A stretch of 63,091 bases of DNA, filler included, from Octopus bimaculoides (Eukaryota): the NCBI RefSeq assembly GCF_001194135.2. It is 5 parts of 5 records of this genome, joined end to end, with 100 filler letters (N's around TTAATTAATTAA, not from the genome) between each part and the next. Parts side by side here need not be neighbours in the genome. Positions count along the whole stretch, not along the records: positions 25,028 to 47,403 come from NC_068984.1; 4 more parts are not named here. One strand, written 5' to 3'. The notes beneath the pieces were generated by a model. The model was not told where the DNA came from. It saw only the letters and a program-made list of their open reading frames with translations, and did no database searches. Both the position numbers and the translations under genes were made by a program. Numbering within the stretch: position 1 is the first letter of the stretch; each line of letters begins with the position of its first letter. Positions 27,106-40,324 of this stretch are shown here, one piece after another.

Positions 27106-28799
27106 CCACTGAGGTTAAGGCGATTTTATTAACAATTCTGAAGTCTGCCAACGAAACAGTGATGCAATGCCCTGGATATCAGTTTTTGGGGACTCACCGT
27201 TGTTGGTGCTTCCTTTCTTTATCTCCGTTTATTTTATATGCTTTTTTTCCGATTCCACAGGTCAGAAAACCTGCAAATAGCATTTACTGTCACACGTATA
27301 ACAGTTAGGGTCTCTGCCGCCCAATACCGGGTTTTATCGAGTGCCACAAGAACCAATATCGTGGTGCACCAGATAAGGGTCAGGTGTTCTCAACTCTTTC
27401 CTTTGCCTTATCCTTTTGAAGAGCAGGGTCATACTTCCGTCTTCTTATGCCGAACCCAAATCCATACAGGAAACATGGTTCCTTATATCGCTTAAGATCT
27501 TCTCCAACTGGTTTTGTCTTGACATTTGGAAGCTCCCTTCACTCATTCAGAAAGCAGCGGCGGGATAACTTTCTGAACCTGGGTAAACTTCTCAGACAAG
27601 AATGGCAGTCGTTGGTGTCACAACTGGAGGATCAAGGTAATAAGTACGGCATTGTTCTTTGGTTTCTTTTTCTTTTCATCTCACGTTGTAATTACTGATA
27701 TGGGGACATCTGACGAGCGCATGAAACACCGACATGTTTTAAACAGCGCCCACCAAAATCCCCAGATCCATCGATGAAGGATGCACTACGTTTATGACAT
27801 AGCCCTGCCATGGTTATTTTTCCTCAGGCGATGATCGATAGTATGCACTCCTTTCTGGCTCATAATGTTTTCAGAGCGGATGTTGTTGCTTTTGTTATTA
27901 AAGCTATCGCTATTTTTCGTTTCTACTTGTCAAAGTGTTTGCAACTATTTCGCTTTGTTCGATTGTCATCCATTTTCCCTGCTATATTTTACAATTTACG
28001 TGTTTCTATACAATCTCACATTGAAGGCGTAACCATTGATATCACGTTTGTGTGTAGCATTTCTTCCGCTCTGCGATAGAGAGCCATATTGACTAAGGAA
28101 TAAACAATGTTTGTAAAATATATTAAGTGTCTACAGAAAACGAATTTTTTTAGACAAGCTAACGGAGTGGACGCTCAAATATCCCAAAGCTATTCGTTGG
28201 CAAAATAAACCTTTAAAAATATTCTTTTCCATTAAAACGTGGTAAAATCTAATTCTTCCCCGGATCTTTTACAGACGTCCGTTCATGGCAAACAACAATA
28301 ACAGCAGAAAGAGCAATAGCAACAACACTGATAATTGTAATAAGGGAAAATTGTTTTTCAATTTTAATAAAATAATACATACAGAAAATATGCAGAAAAA
28401 TGTGTAAACGAAAGGAAGAAAAATATGAAAAAATAATTTGGTAAAGACATCATCACTAAGAGAGGATTAACAGCAGAATAGCAAAAACAACCTCAACAAC
28501 AACATAAACAGTTTTAAAATATGAGACACAAAACCAGCAACGAGAAAAGAAAAAAATATGCAAAATGTATTGAAATAATTAAAATAGCAAAATAAATTAA
28601 AAAGAAATTGTCCAAATATGTTTAAATGCAGAAGAAAAAAAACAATAACACAAATGAAAGATATAAAACAAAACACTATATTTAACGCATTACATATGAG
28701 AATCGTAAGATAAGGAATAAAATTTATAGAGACGAGAGATAAAAATTCCTGGAATATTTTGGTACGAAGACAACAGTATTTTGTAACAAAAACAACGAT

Positions 28800-28871
28800 G
28801 ATGGCTACTATGACTACAACTACTACTACTGCGAACACGACGACGACAACAACAACAACACCAACAACAAC

Positions 28872-28929
<58 letters not shown>

Positions 28930-28930
28930 C

Positions 28931-28993
<63 letters not shown>

Positions 28994-29020
28994 TAATAAT
29001 AATGATAATGATGCTGATAA
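28800..29020. repeat. (ACT)/(ACG)/(AAC)/(AAT)n compound microsatellite
   Basis: Read directly from the sequence. Confidence 0.95.
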
Positions 29021-29407
29021 TAGTAACGATATTGTATTTATTTTCCAAAAGGTCAACCGATGATGGTTACAACAAATACGAAATCAGAAAATAGGTTTTT
29101 TTCGATATCGAGTGTGAAAAGACGCACGCGCACACAGACACACACAAACACACACAGACACACACACACNNNNNNNNNNNNNNNNNNNNNNNNNNNNNNN
29201 NNNNNNNNNNNNNNNNNNNNNNNNNNNNNNNNNNNNNNNNNNNNNNNNNNNNNNNNNNNNNNNNNNNNNNNNNNNNNNNNNNNNNNNNNNNNNNNNNNNN
29301 NNNNNNNNNNNNNNNNNNNNNNNNNNNNNNNNNNNNNNNNNNNNNNNNNNNNNNNNNNNNNNNNNNNNNNNNNNNNNNNNNNNNNNNNNNNNNNNNNNNN
29401 NNNNNNN

Positions 29408-29467
<60 letters not shown>

Positions 29468-29717
29468 AATACACATGTATATATGATGTCATAAACATTG
29501 TACAAAATTTCGAGGAACGTAAAATATTTTCGTGGGAAAACGGGAACTCATAAAGGTAATAATAAATGTATACAAATATTGGGTAAAATAAAATTCCCTC
29601 TCGATGGAAAAATTTAAATGCTACCGTTAGGGTTTGAACACGCACCTTCCGTAGACACGACTGGGTGTCTACCATTAGAACAAAGCAACTCATTGAATTG
29701 ATTTTTTCAGCCAACAC

Positions 29718-29914
29718 ATTCTTTTCTACTCTGCCCGAAATTTTGGGTGAAGGGGCCAGATTGACTCCAGTACTCAACTGGTACTTCATTTATCGACCCA
29801 GAAAGAATGAAAGGCAAAGTCAACCTCGGCGGAATTTGAACGCAGAACATATCGGCAGACGAAATACCGCTAAGCATTTCGCCCGGCATGCTAACGTTTC
29901 TGCCAGCTAGCCAC
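29718..29914 (-). mobile_element. Family A SINE
   Basis: Near-complete reverse copy. Confidence 0.85.
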
Positions 29915-30444
29915 TTTATTCAGTCAGCAGATTGAACAACCTATTGAATAGTAGTTATCAAATTTTAAAAGTGGTTTTGAACCTGTGCGTGTGTTTATTA
30001 AACTTTTATTGACATAGGGACCCTCCCTAGACACAACAAGATGTATCTANNNNNNNNNNNNNNNNNNNNNNNNNNNNNNNNNNNNNNNNNNNNNNNNNNN
30101 NNNNNNNNNNNNNNNNNNNNNNNNNNNNNNNNNNNNNNNNNNNNNNNNNNNNNNNNNNNNNNNNNNNNNNNNNNNNNNNNNNNNNNNNNNNNNNNNNNNN
30201 NNNNNNNNNNNNNNNNNNNNNNNNNNNNNNNNNNNNNNNNNNNNNNNNNNNNNNNNNNNNNNNNNNNNNNNNNNNNNNNNNNNNNNNNNNNNNNNNNNNN
30301 NNNNNNNNNNNNNNNNNNNNNNNNNNNNNNNNNNNNNNNNNNNNNATAAATACACGCACACGCACATACATACATGTACACATGCATACATACATACATA
30401 CATACATACATACATACATACATACATACATACATACATACGTA

Positions 30445-30605
30445 GGGGAGAATATACAAATAATAACAACAGACGAGGACAGGTGGTGTAAATAACAAAA
30501 GTATATATTAGTATGACACTCGGGAATACGGAAAGTCTTTGACGTTTCGAGCTACGCTCTTCAACAGAAAGAATACGGAGACAAGGAGAAAAACACGGAG
30601 AAAAA
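30445..30605 (-). repeat. Family G repeat, second copy
   Basis: Near-identical to 49325-49484, on a different scaffold segment. Confidence 0.8.
30536..30572 (-). ncRNA. Same hammerhead-like motif, identical copy
   Basis: Exact reverse complement of 49358-49394. Confidence 0.55.
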
Positions 30606-30639
30606 AAAATGCATACATACATACATTCATACATATACA

Positions 30640-30688
<49 letters not shown>

Positions 30689-30840
30689 ACATATACATGT
30701 ATCTATATATATGTAATTATATGTATGTATATATGTATATATATATATGCACACATATATATATGTATGTATATATATATGTAATTATATATATATATAT
30801 ACACATGTATAAGTATATATATTTATAGATGTAGACATAC

Positions 30841-30951
<111 letters not shown>

Positions 30952-31536
30952 TATATATATACATATACACACTCATTTATATGTATGTATTTATGCATAT
31001 ATATTCATGTATGCATGCATATATATGTTCTCCTATTGAGCATTCGCGCTGTTAATTCGTTTGCATAATAAAATCATTCTTAGTATAACTGCGAGATATT
31101 TATTTACACACACAGACTCACACACCTACACACAGGCACACACACACACATGCATAATCTTGGTGTGTATATATATCTACACACATAACTGCATGTGTGT
31201 TTACGTACGTATATATTTATCTAAAGATGTGCAGACGTGTGTGTATGAACATGAACGTTTGTATACATGTATAGATACATACATAATTCCACACAAACAA
31301 AAAATTATCCGACATGCACTCGAATATGTACGTAATTAGCCGTCTAGATGAGAAAGAAGGCAAAAAAATAAAGATATAAATATGACAATAACGGCAAAAC
31401 AAGAGGTAAAACATGTTTCGTAGAAATTTCTTGCGATGTAGACATCTGGAAATCTCTCTTAATGTGGATCTGGACGTAAATCAGTACATCAGCCGACAGG
31501 CATATATCTTAGCAGACGTACATGGCACTCCAAAGA

Positions 31537-31596
31537 CGCCATGTTAATGCTGTCTCCCATCACTAAACGAATGGTGACGTCACAGAAAATGGCGGC
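31537..31596. promoter_or_regulatory. Promoter-like cluster: palindromic CRE flanked by two divergent YY1-type motifs
   Basis: CGCCATGTT at 31537-31545, GTGACGTCAC at 31574-31583 and AAAATGGCGGC at 31586-31596, in locally non-repetitive DNA. Confidence 0.4.
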
Positions 31597-31989
31597 ACAC
31601 ACCTATTTGTCTCCGGTGAAAATCTAATTTTTCATCTTATGTAGTTTAAACATTTCATGTTCTAAAACATTTTCAAACGACAATTAGCTAAATACTGAAG
31701 ATATTGGAACTAATTCTAGTCTCCTTGTTTTGTTTCTACCCTGCTTTTTTTTTTTCATTTTCGTCTTGAAATTTTATTTATTGATTTATTTATTCTCCTA
31801 ATTTGCTACATTTTTTTGGAGGGGAGGGGTAAGATGAGTTATATTTTAGGAATTTTTTATTGTTAGTTTTATTTTTAAATTCTGCCTTCCATTAATCTTT
31901 ATTCCACTCAGGCATCTCTGTAAATTTAATTTAAATGGAAATAGATTTGTGTTCCTATCTATTACTATATATATATATATATACATATA

Positions 31990-32066
<77 letters not shown>

Positions 32067-33023
32067 GCGTATATATATATGTATATATATGTATGTATAT
32101 ATATATTGGTAGGCCGGTACATATATGTGCCTGTGAACTGCATAATGTATTTATGAATGTGTGCATTAGTTTTCTTTCTAAAGAAACGAGACGGTAAAGT
32201 TTCCTTTTATGGTCTTTTAAAATTTTTATTTGTAATTTTCCTCAATATTTAACGTTTTTCTTCTTGTAGATATCTTTTTTTTTTTCCTCCTCAAAAATGG
32301 TAAAAACTTCCGTTATAGGTTTAGTTCTAGAATTTGTGAGAGTGAAGCACCGATATCATATGGTGACGAACTAGGATTCTATGTAAAAATCATGAAGATG
32401 AATTCCTGTTCATTAAATATTGTAGCAGCGTCGAAGAAATTATGGACGAGGTGGCAATTTTGAGAAGAAACTAGCTGACCTTGTTAACTAAGTACGTGCG
32501 TGCGCACCACACACACAAACATATATATGAATAAATATAGATAGATATACATATATATAAATCTATTCATACAGTTTCTTATATACATATATCAATATCT
32601 ATTTTTCAAATCTATGTCTCTTACTCACTCTGTCTGTCTATCTGTCTTTCTCCCCCCCCCCTCTCTATCTCATATATGTATATACACTGCTATATATCTG
32701 TGCACATCATTCAATGTTGTGTCTGCCAGTAGGTTTGCAAGTCTAAAGGAAGCCTCAAAAGAAATTTTAATATCCACAAAGATGAAAAATTATCCGCAGC
32801 TCTCGGTGGTCCAAATCGGATATGCAATCTATGCGGGTGCCTTTTCAAAACATTGCCTGATTTAAAAGACACATCAGACGCCTTGATGCATACTAGAGAG
32901 GTTGTCAAACTCTGCATTAGGAGTAGACANNNNNNNNNNNNNNNNNNNNNNNNNNNNNNNNNNNNNNNNNNNNNNNNNNNNNNNNNNNNNNNNNNNNNNN
33001 NNNNNNNNNNNNNNNNNNNNNNN

Positions 33024-33058
<35 letters not shown>

Positions 33059-33200
33059 TAGATAGACAGATATATAGATAGATAGATATGTATGTATCGG
33101 TGTCTTTTTGCTGAAGCACTACTAAACGGAGATGTAAACACACAAACACCGGTTGTCAAGCGGTGGTTGAGGAGAAATACAGACACATAGATATACACAC

Positions 33201-33368
33201 CTATACGACGGGTTTCTTCCAGTTTGTGTCTACCGATCTACTTATAAGCCTTTGGTCAGTTAAAGGCTAAAGTTGAATATACTTGCTCAAGATTCCATGC
33301 GCAACGGAACTGAACTTGGAACCATTTAGTTGGGAGGCAAACTGCTTACTACACAGCCACACCTGCGC
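33201..33368 (-). mobile_element. Diverged family D SINE
   Basis: tatacgacgggtttcttcc...gcttactacacagccacacctgcgc. Confidence 0.75.
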
Positions 33369-33516
33369 TGTATATGTAAGTTGTATGTGAAAGATCATAG
33401 TCTATATGCGTATGTATATGTATATAGATAGATAAATAGAATGATATAGATATACGTATATATATATATATATATATACATGTACATATACATGAATATA
33501 TATATATATATATATT

Positions 33517-33690
33517 GACTGCGGCCATGATGGAGCACCGCCTTTAGTCGAGCAAATCGACCCCAGGACTTATTCTTTGTAAGCTTAGTACTTATTCCAT
33601 CGGTCTCTTTTTGCCGAACTGCTAAGTTACGGCGACGTTAACACAACAGCATAGGATGTCAAGCGATGTTGGAGGAGACAAACGCATACA
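33517..33690 (-). mobile_element. Family E repeat
   Basis: gcggccatgatggagcaccgcc...gccgaactgctaagttacggcgacg. Confidence 0.8.
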
Positions 33691-33727
33691 CACAAACACA
33701 CACACACACACGCACCCCCACATATAT

Positions 33728-33872
33728 ATGGGGCTTCTTTCAGTTTCCTTCTATAAAATCCACCCACAACATCCCGAGGCTATAATAGAAGACACTTGTC
33801 CGAGGTTCCACGCAGTGGGTCTAAACCTATAACCATGTGGTTGGTAAGCAAGTGACTTACCACACAGCCACT
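33728..33872 (-). mobile_element. Family D SINE
   Basis: gggcttctttcagtttcc...aaccatgtggttggtaagcaagtgacttaccacacagccac. Confidence 0.8.
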
Positions 33873-34134
33873 TTATATAAAGAGACAGAGAAAGAGAGAC
33901 AAATGTCGAATTCACATTATTCTTTATTCAAAACACTACAATTGTTTCGACACATTTATACATCTTTAGCTCATAGGTGAGATGTTGCGCAGTCATTAGT
34001 TTACATCAAAGATGTAGATTGCACCTCCTCAGGTGATCGTCAAAATAGCTTCTTCGCTAGATCCTCTCGGCATTTTACTCGATTTGATAACGTATACCTG
34101 GGTATATTTACATACAAATATTTCTGTGTGTGTA

Positions 34135-34165
<31 letters not shown>

Positions 34166-35020
34166 ACACGAATATTTGCCGCTAGGTTTACAGAGTTTAG
34201 TAGATATCTGTGCCAATCAAAGCATCTATGTATTGTTAGGAACTCAGAGTATTATAAATATGTATTACTATGCACAATATGTACTTACAAGCAGGGAAAT
34301 GATTTGAGCTGCGGACCACCCCTTCTCGGGTTACATATTTGCAGCTGGCATAATAAATATTTAATGTGTGTTAAGTGGTAAAATGTAATATTTCAAGAGA
34401 AACTGTTCATAGCCAGAAATCCATTAGGAAAGCCAGGTTGTTGCCTGCAGGCGTTTAATTATTGTAATGTGAGAGAATTGATGCGTCGTGGAGATGTGAT
34501 CAACGAATAAAAGTTGACAGCCAAATATGGACGGAATCACTGCTACAACATCAACAATAAAAACGACATCAACAAGAGTAAAGCTATGAACAATAACAAT
34601 TACAAGAACATCGAAGATTTCAAATTCTACAACAATTACAATAAAAACAGGATAACAAGCGGGGAAACGAAAGAAACACCAAGTTACAGCAGGAAGCACA
34701 CTCACAACAACAACAACAGTAGCAGCAACAACACTAATAGTTATTGCAGCTACAACACCAGCAACAAGAACAGCAACTATATAGCGGTGACAGCAACGTC
34801 AATAAGAACAACATTAACACCAATAATAACAACAAAAAACAAAAGTACGTTAAGTCGTAACTGTTATGTGAACAACATCAACTCTGACAACTTCTACTAT
34901 AATAATAACAACAAGAATGTTGCTGCAATATCAACAACAACAACAACAGCAATAACAACTTAGAAAATAGCATCATCCACAATTATAGAATTCATCATTT
35001 CTATAATTCCAACAACATCA

Positions 35021-35268
35021 TCAGTGTTCAATTGGTACTTAATTTATCGACCCCGAAACGATGAAAGGCAAATTTGACCTCGGCGAAATTTGAATAGTAA
35101 TAAAAATAATAATAATTATAATAATAATAACTTTAATAATAATCTTTTCTGCTATAGGCACAAGGCCTTGAAATTTTGAGGGAGGGGCCCAGTCGATTAG
35201 ATCGACTCCAGTATACAACTGGTACTTCATTTATCGCCCCCTGAAGGGATGAAACGCAAAGTAAACCT
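35021..35268 (-). mobile_element. Two family A SINE fragments separated by an (AAT)-rich tract
   Basis: Core motifs ggtactt.atttatcg.ccc.gaa.gatgaaa occur twice. Confidence 0.75.
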
Positions 35269-35320
35269 ATGTGTAATACTACTACTACTACTACTACTAC
35301 TACTGATGGTGATGAAGATG

Positions 35321-35359
<39 letters not shown>

Positions 35360-36394
35360 GAAACTACACCCCAAAAGCGATACCGACAGGCTGTATGTGC
35401 CTAGAAGCTGGGGTGGAAATCTGTGTTGCCAACGAGAAGGACAGTCTAGGATGATACAGCAAACAGCAGAGTGAATCCTTCGTTGCCGTTGTTAGAATCC
35501 CTACCGAAAATGTGACGCACCCACAAACATTTCAGAAACAAGATGAAGAGAGAGAGTAAACAACTTGACAAAAACTCCAATATTAACATCATCGACAACA
35601 CACCAACATAATCACAAACAACAACACGAACACCACTAACAACAACACGGACAACAACACGATATAGCAATACTAAGAATAATAATATCAGCATTAAGTG
35701 TGAAAATAAACATCAACAACCACTGCTTAACAAGGGCTGCCCCTATGCGTTACTCCAAATGCTAGAAATAACAGCTAAAACTCTCTCAAATGATATCCAA
35801 CACTCTTTATAGTACTGATCCGGGGGTTAAGTGGTGACAGCATGATTAACAATTAACGTAAGAGAGTATCAATAATGTAAACATCATCAATCATAAGAAA
35901 CACCACCAGCAGCAGCAGTAACAACAACAACATTGACAACGACAGCAGACAGTCACAATGTATGTACGTGATCAACGAGACTTATATGTCTCCGTTCGAT
36001 TTTCTGGAGACAGCAACGCCATATCCTTAAAATCACAAATAAAAAACAAAAACACCTTCGCCATCGACAGTAACATTACAAATAACAGCTTAAGTTACGA
36101 CATCAGTAATAACATTATTGTTACTAGAAGTAACTCGATCACCAACTGCAGTATGAACAACGATATTACTAGTTATCTATTCTGGCTGTGATTTCAAACT
36201 GCATCCGGTTAGTGGATGCTGGTTCGGGAGTTCTAGTTTTCGAAAAGTGTGGTACTACTTCGTAGCTACTATCGTTCACTCACCTCGGAGTAGTGGCATC
36301 TGTCGAGGCCCCAACTACGGGCTAATTAACAGGTCGTGGAATTAACTCACGAAAAGTTTACTTACAGGCACTTCAAAAGGCTCCAGCGCAGATG

Positions 36395-36600
36395 TGGAGC
36401 CTCGTGGGTAAGTGGTTAGGGTGTTGGACTTCGATTCCTGGTTTCGAGTCCTGGACCAGGTGAAGCGTTGTGCTCTTAAGAAAAACACTTCATTTCATGT
36501 TGCATGAGTCCACCCTGTTGTTAAAAATGAGTAATCCTGCGACGGACCGACGGACAGGTGGAGAATATATACGCTATGAAACCGGGAAACCGGCCCTTAA
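36395..36600 (+). mobile_element. Diverged family C SINE
   Basis: gtgggtaagtggttagggtgttggac...gtttcgagtcctggacc...aaacacttcatttcatgttgc. Confidence 0.7.
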
Positions 36601-36629
36601 TCGTCGGTAAAAGTAATGTAAAGGTAAAG

Positions 36630-36795
36630 GTGTGTGTGTTACGTCCCATAATTTAGCAGTTCGGCATAAGTAACCGATAGAATAAGTTCCGGACTTTAAA
36701 ATAATGTACTGTGGTAGAATCGTTCGGCTATGGTTCCTCAAGGCGTTGCCCCAGTATGGCTGCAGTCTAATGGAAGAAACAACTAGAAAATAAAA
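36630..36795 (+). mobile_element. Family E repeat
   Basis: tgtgttacgtcccataatttagcagttcggc...ccgatagaataag...ccccagtatggctgcagtc. Confidence 0.7.
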
Positions 36796-36934
36796 CACTA
36801 TTGCTTTGCTGTTTACACAATTTAATGAATCTATTCATTATCGAATTATATTATCGATATCTCCCACAAGAAACACCTTTCTAAATTATGATTTGAAAAA
36901 AAAGTATTTGTTTCATTATTAGATTCAATTAAAA

Positions 36935-37166
36935 GACAGCGGGCTGGCAGAAACGTTAGCACGCCGGGCGAAACGCTTAGTGGTATTTCCTCCCTTGTTA
37001 CGTTCTGAGTTCAAATTACCCCGAGGTGGACTTTGCCTTTCATCCTTTCGAGGTCGATAAATTAAGTACCAGTTAAGTACTGGGGTCGATCTAATCGACT
37101 TAATCCCTTTGTCTATCTTTGTTTGTCCCCTCTGTTTAGCCCCTTGAAGGCAATAAAAAAATAAGA
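36935..37166 (+). mobile_element. Family A SINE
   Basis: Full head, core and ttaatccctttgtc tail. Confidence 0.88.
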
Positions 37167-37218
37167 AAATGCGGACAATCTAAAAGAAGATAGAAATTGA
37201 TTCAGTCGTGTACGTAAT

Positions 37219-37421
37219 GGTTTCAAATTTTGGCCCAAGGCCAGAAATTTGGGGGTTGTGGGTTACATTGACCGCAGTGTTCAATTGGTTCTTAAATTAT
37301 CGATCCCGAAAGGATAAATAGTAAAGCCGACCTCGGCGGAATTTGAACTGAGGACGTAAAGTCGGAAGAAATGCCGCTAAGCGTCTTTTCGGAGCAGTAA
37401 CTATTCAGCCAGCTCGCTCAC
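37219..37421 (-). mobile_element. Family A SINE, inverted relative to 36935-37166
   Basis: Reverse copy with the ggccttgggccaaaatttgaaac-type tail. Confidence 0.8.
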
Positions 37422-38034
37422 TTCAGAAAGGTATAAAACAAAAGCTGGCCCCTATATTCTTGCTGGAAATGCTGCGTTTCGTTTTATATTGTGAATTTTA
37501 GGATGGCATTTTTCCACAATAAAAAGAAAATGGTTGCAGCTACAGTGCTGATGCCACAAGTATTCAATCACAACTGACTGTTTTATGTGCAATGCAAAAG
37601 AACTCGAGGGGACGAATATATAAGAGAAGAAAAAACAAATCAAAATGATACGATTAATTTTGGGCTGAATAAATAATGTCGAAATTCACGTGGAAACATA
37701 AGTATCCGATCTGATTAGATTGATGGCCAGCATGCTGAGTGGATGAGGAATCGCAGCATATTGAGACAAGAAGTGGTAGATCTCTAACTTGTCAGCTTGA
37801 TGGCACTCCCAAGAGCTCAGAGTGTGTTTTCTGTGTGTGTCTCTCTCAACAAAACCGTTGTCGACGTAGCGGTAAGTAAATATAAGACAACGTAGGGGTA
37901 TCAATCACCGATGATGTATGGTTAGTGATTAGGTGACTCGTGATTCCAATTTCAACCGATGAGGGTCCCGTTAGCACCCAGCTCGGCGGCAATAGTTAAT
38001 GTCGTTACTGCTGCTTACTTCTGTTGCTATAGAC

Positions 38035-38061
38035 AATGATGATGTTAACGATGATGATGAC

Positions 38062-38105
<44 letters not shown>

Positions 38106-38433
38106 GGTGATGATGATGATGACGACGACGACGAGCATGATGAATGATTGATGATGATTAAAGAAATGGGGTTAAGAAAAAACAAGCAAACAATTAAATA
38201 AAGGGAATTAATGAGTGAAACCGAATGATTGATTGAAAAACTAAATTCTATTGGTTAAAAGTTTGCAAATGTAACTCCACTCCCACCAGCACCACCATCA
38301 CCGCCACCTCACATTCCTCTACTACTACTACTACTACTACTGCCTGCTGCGGCTGCTACTACAACTACTACAACTACTACTACTAACAACAGCAATAATA
38401 GGCATCATCATCATCACCACCACCACCACCACC

Positions 38434-38467
<34 letters not shown>

Positions 38468-38475
38468 TCATCGTT
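38035..38475. repeat. (GAT)n, (ACT)n, (CAT)n and (CAC)n microsatellite cluster
   Basis: Read directly from the sequence. Confidence 0.9.
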
Positions 38476-39241
38476 ATGTTCCTATATATCTGCCACAAGT
38501 GCCCACGCAGCCATACGAAGTCTTCCTATCTGCAAAAAGGGGTTCGTGACATGTAAAGATGTATACATACGCATACACACGCTTACATGTATACATATAT
38601 CTACACACACACGCATACATGGACACACACACACACTCACCCGCACACACCCAAATACACACATATACGCTTATACGTATATACATGTATACATACACTC
38701 AGACACGTATATCTATACACACAAATATATATATATATATATATATATCATCTATTTATACATTTTGTACAATTTCTCCATTATANNNNNNNNNNNNNNN
38801 NNNNNNNNNNNNNNNNNNNNNNNNNNNNNNNNNNNNNNNNNNNNNNNNNNNNNNNNNNNNNNNNNNNNNNNNNNNNNNNNNNNNNNNNNNNNNNNNNNNN
38901 NNNNNNNNNNNNNNNNNNNNNNNNNNNNNNNNNNNNNNNNNNNNNNNNNNNNNNNNNNNNNNNNNNNNNNNNNNNNNNNNNNNNNNNNNNNNNNNNNNNN
39001 NNNNNNNNNNNNNNNNNNNNNNNNNNNNNNNNNNNNNNNNNNNNNNNNNNNNNNNNNNNNNNNNNNNNNNNNNNNNNNNNNNNNNNNNNNNNNNNNNNNN
39101 NNNNNNNNNNNNNNNNNNNNNNNNNNNNNNNNNNNNNNNNNNNNNNNNNNNNNNNNNNNNNNNNNNNNNNNNNNNNNNNNNNNNNNNNNNNNNNNNNNNN
39201 NNNNNNNNNAGATGGTTGTCTAATCTCCAACTCATACAGAC

Positions 39242-39325
<84 letters not shown>

Positions 39326-40142
39326 ATATGTATATATGTATGTATACATACATATCTATATATGAATGTATATATCTATATATATAAGCAGAGAGATAGA
39401 GAGAGAAAGAAAGAGATACAAATATCTATTTATCTGCCTTTATCTGTCTGCTGTCTCTATCTGTCTGTCTGTCTGTATGTGTGTGTATGTATATGTATAC
39501 GTATGTATATACTTATACGAAGTAGGTTTCAGGTAAAACATTTACTAAAATGAATTAAAATTTGAAATAAAAATTAACAAGCTGTGAAAATACACAACTG
39601 AGTTATCACCAATACGCAGTTTGCACACACCAACACACACTCACACAAACACACACTCACCCACACACACTCTCATACACTCTATACATTCACATACACG
39701 CATACATATGCATACTTAAACACATTGTTGTATAAACTTCTGAGACTACAAACGAACGAGAAATGCATCTGAACATAAATAGTAAATCTCGTGAGAATAG
39801 GAAGGAACACATATTGAGAATGTCATCTCTTTGACACGTTCTTTCCATTATTTAATTGATTGTCTCATAAATTTTCGTGAAGGCCGTTTTTATATCTTCA
39901 ACGAGAATCGCGCGCAGTCTCGCGGGAATCACACCTGTAAAATTTTAGCTCAAGCGTCTGCAGATGATGCATTGAGCTGTGGATTATAACAGGAACGTGT
40001 ATTGATAACAGTCTTTGACGCAATTGCGATTATCAATAACACAAATAGGCGAACGAGGAGGCCTCTGTGTGAATATTCAGCCTGCTAGAAATAGCAGCGA
40101 AAGGTTCTTTTTTCATAACGTACCAACTTTGAAGAAAATATT

Positions 40143-40324
40143 GGTTTCAAATTTTGCCACAAATCCAGAAATTTCGAGAAATGTTTAAGTCGATTACCTT
40201 GGTACCAGTGATCAAACAGATGACAAGCAAAATCAACCACGGCGCAATTTGAACTCAGAACATAAAAACGAACAAAATGGCGCTAAGCAATTTTTCTGGC
40301 GCGGTAACGTTTCTGTTAGCTTGC
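40143..40324 (-). mobile_element. Diverged family A SINE
   Basis: ggcgcaatttgaactcagaac...cgctaagcaatt...aacgtttctg. Confidence 0.75.

Noticed and set aside
34424-34963. 149-aa Asn/Thr-rich ORF and its antisense hydrophobic ORF
   Set aside because: Degenerate (AAC/AAT/AGC)n low-complexity DNA with no splice or domain support.
36200-36218. Hairpin GCATCC-ggttagt-GGATGC
   Set aside because: A 6-bp stem is expected by chance and has no supporting context.
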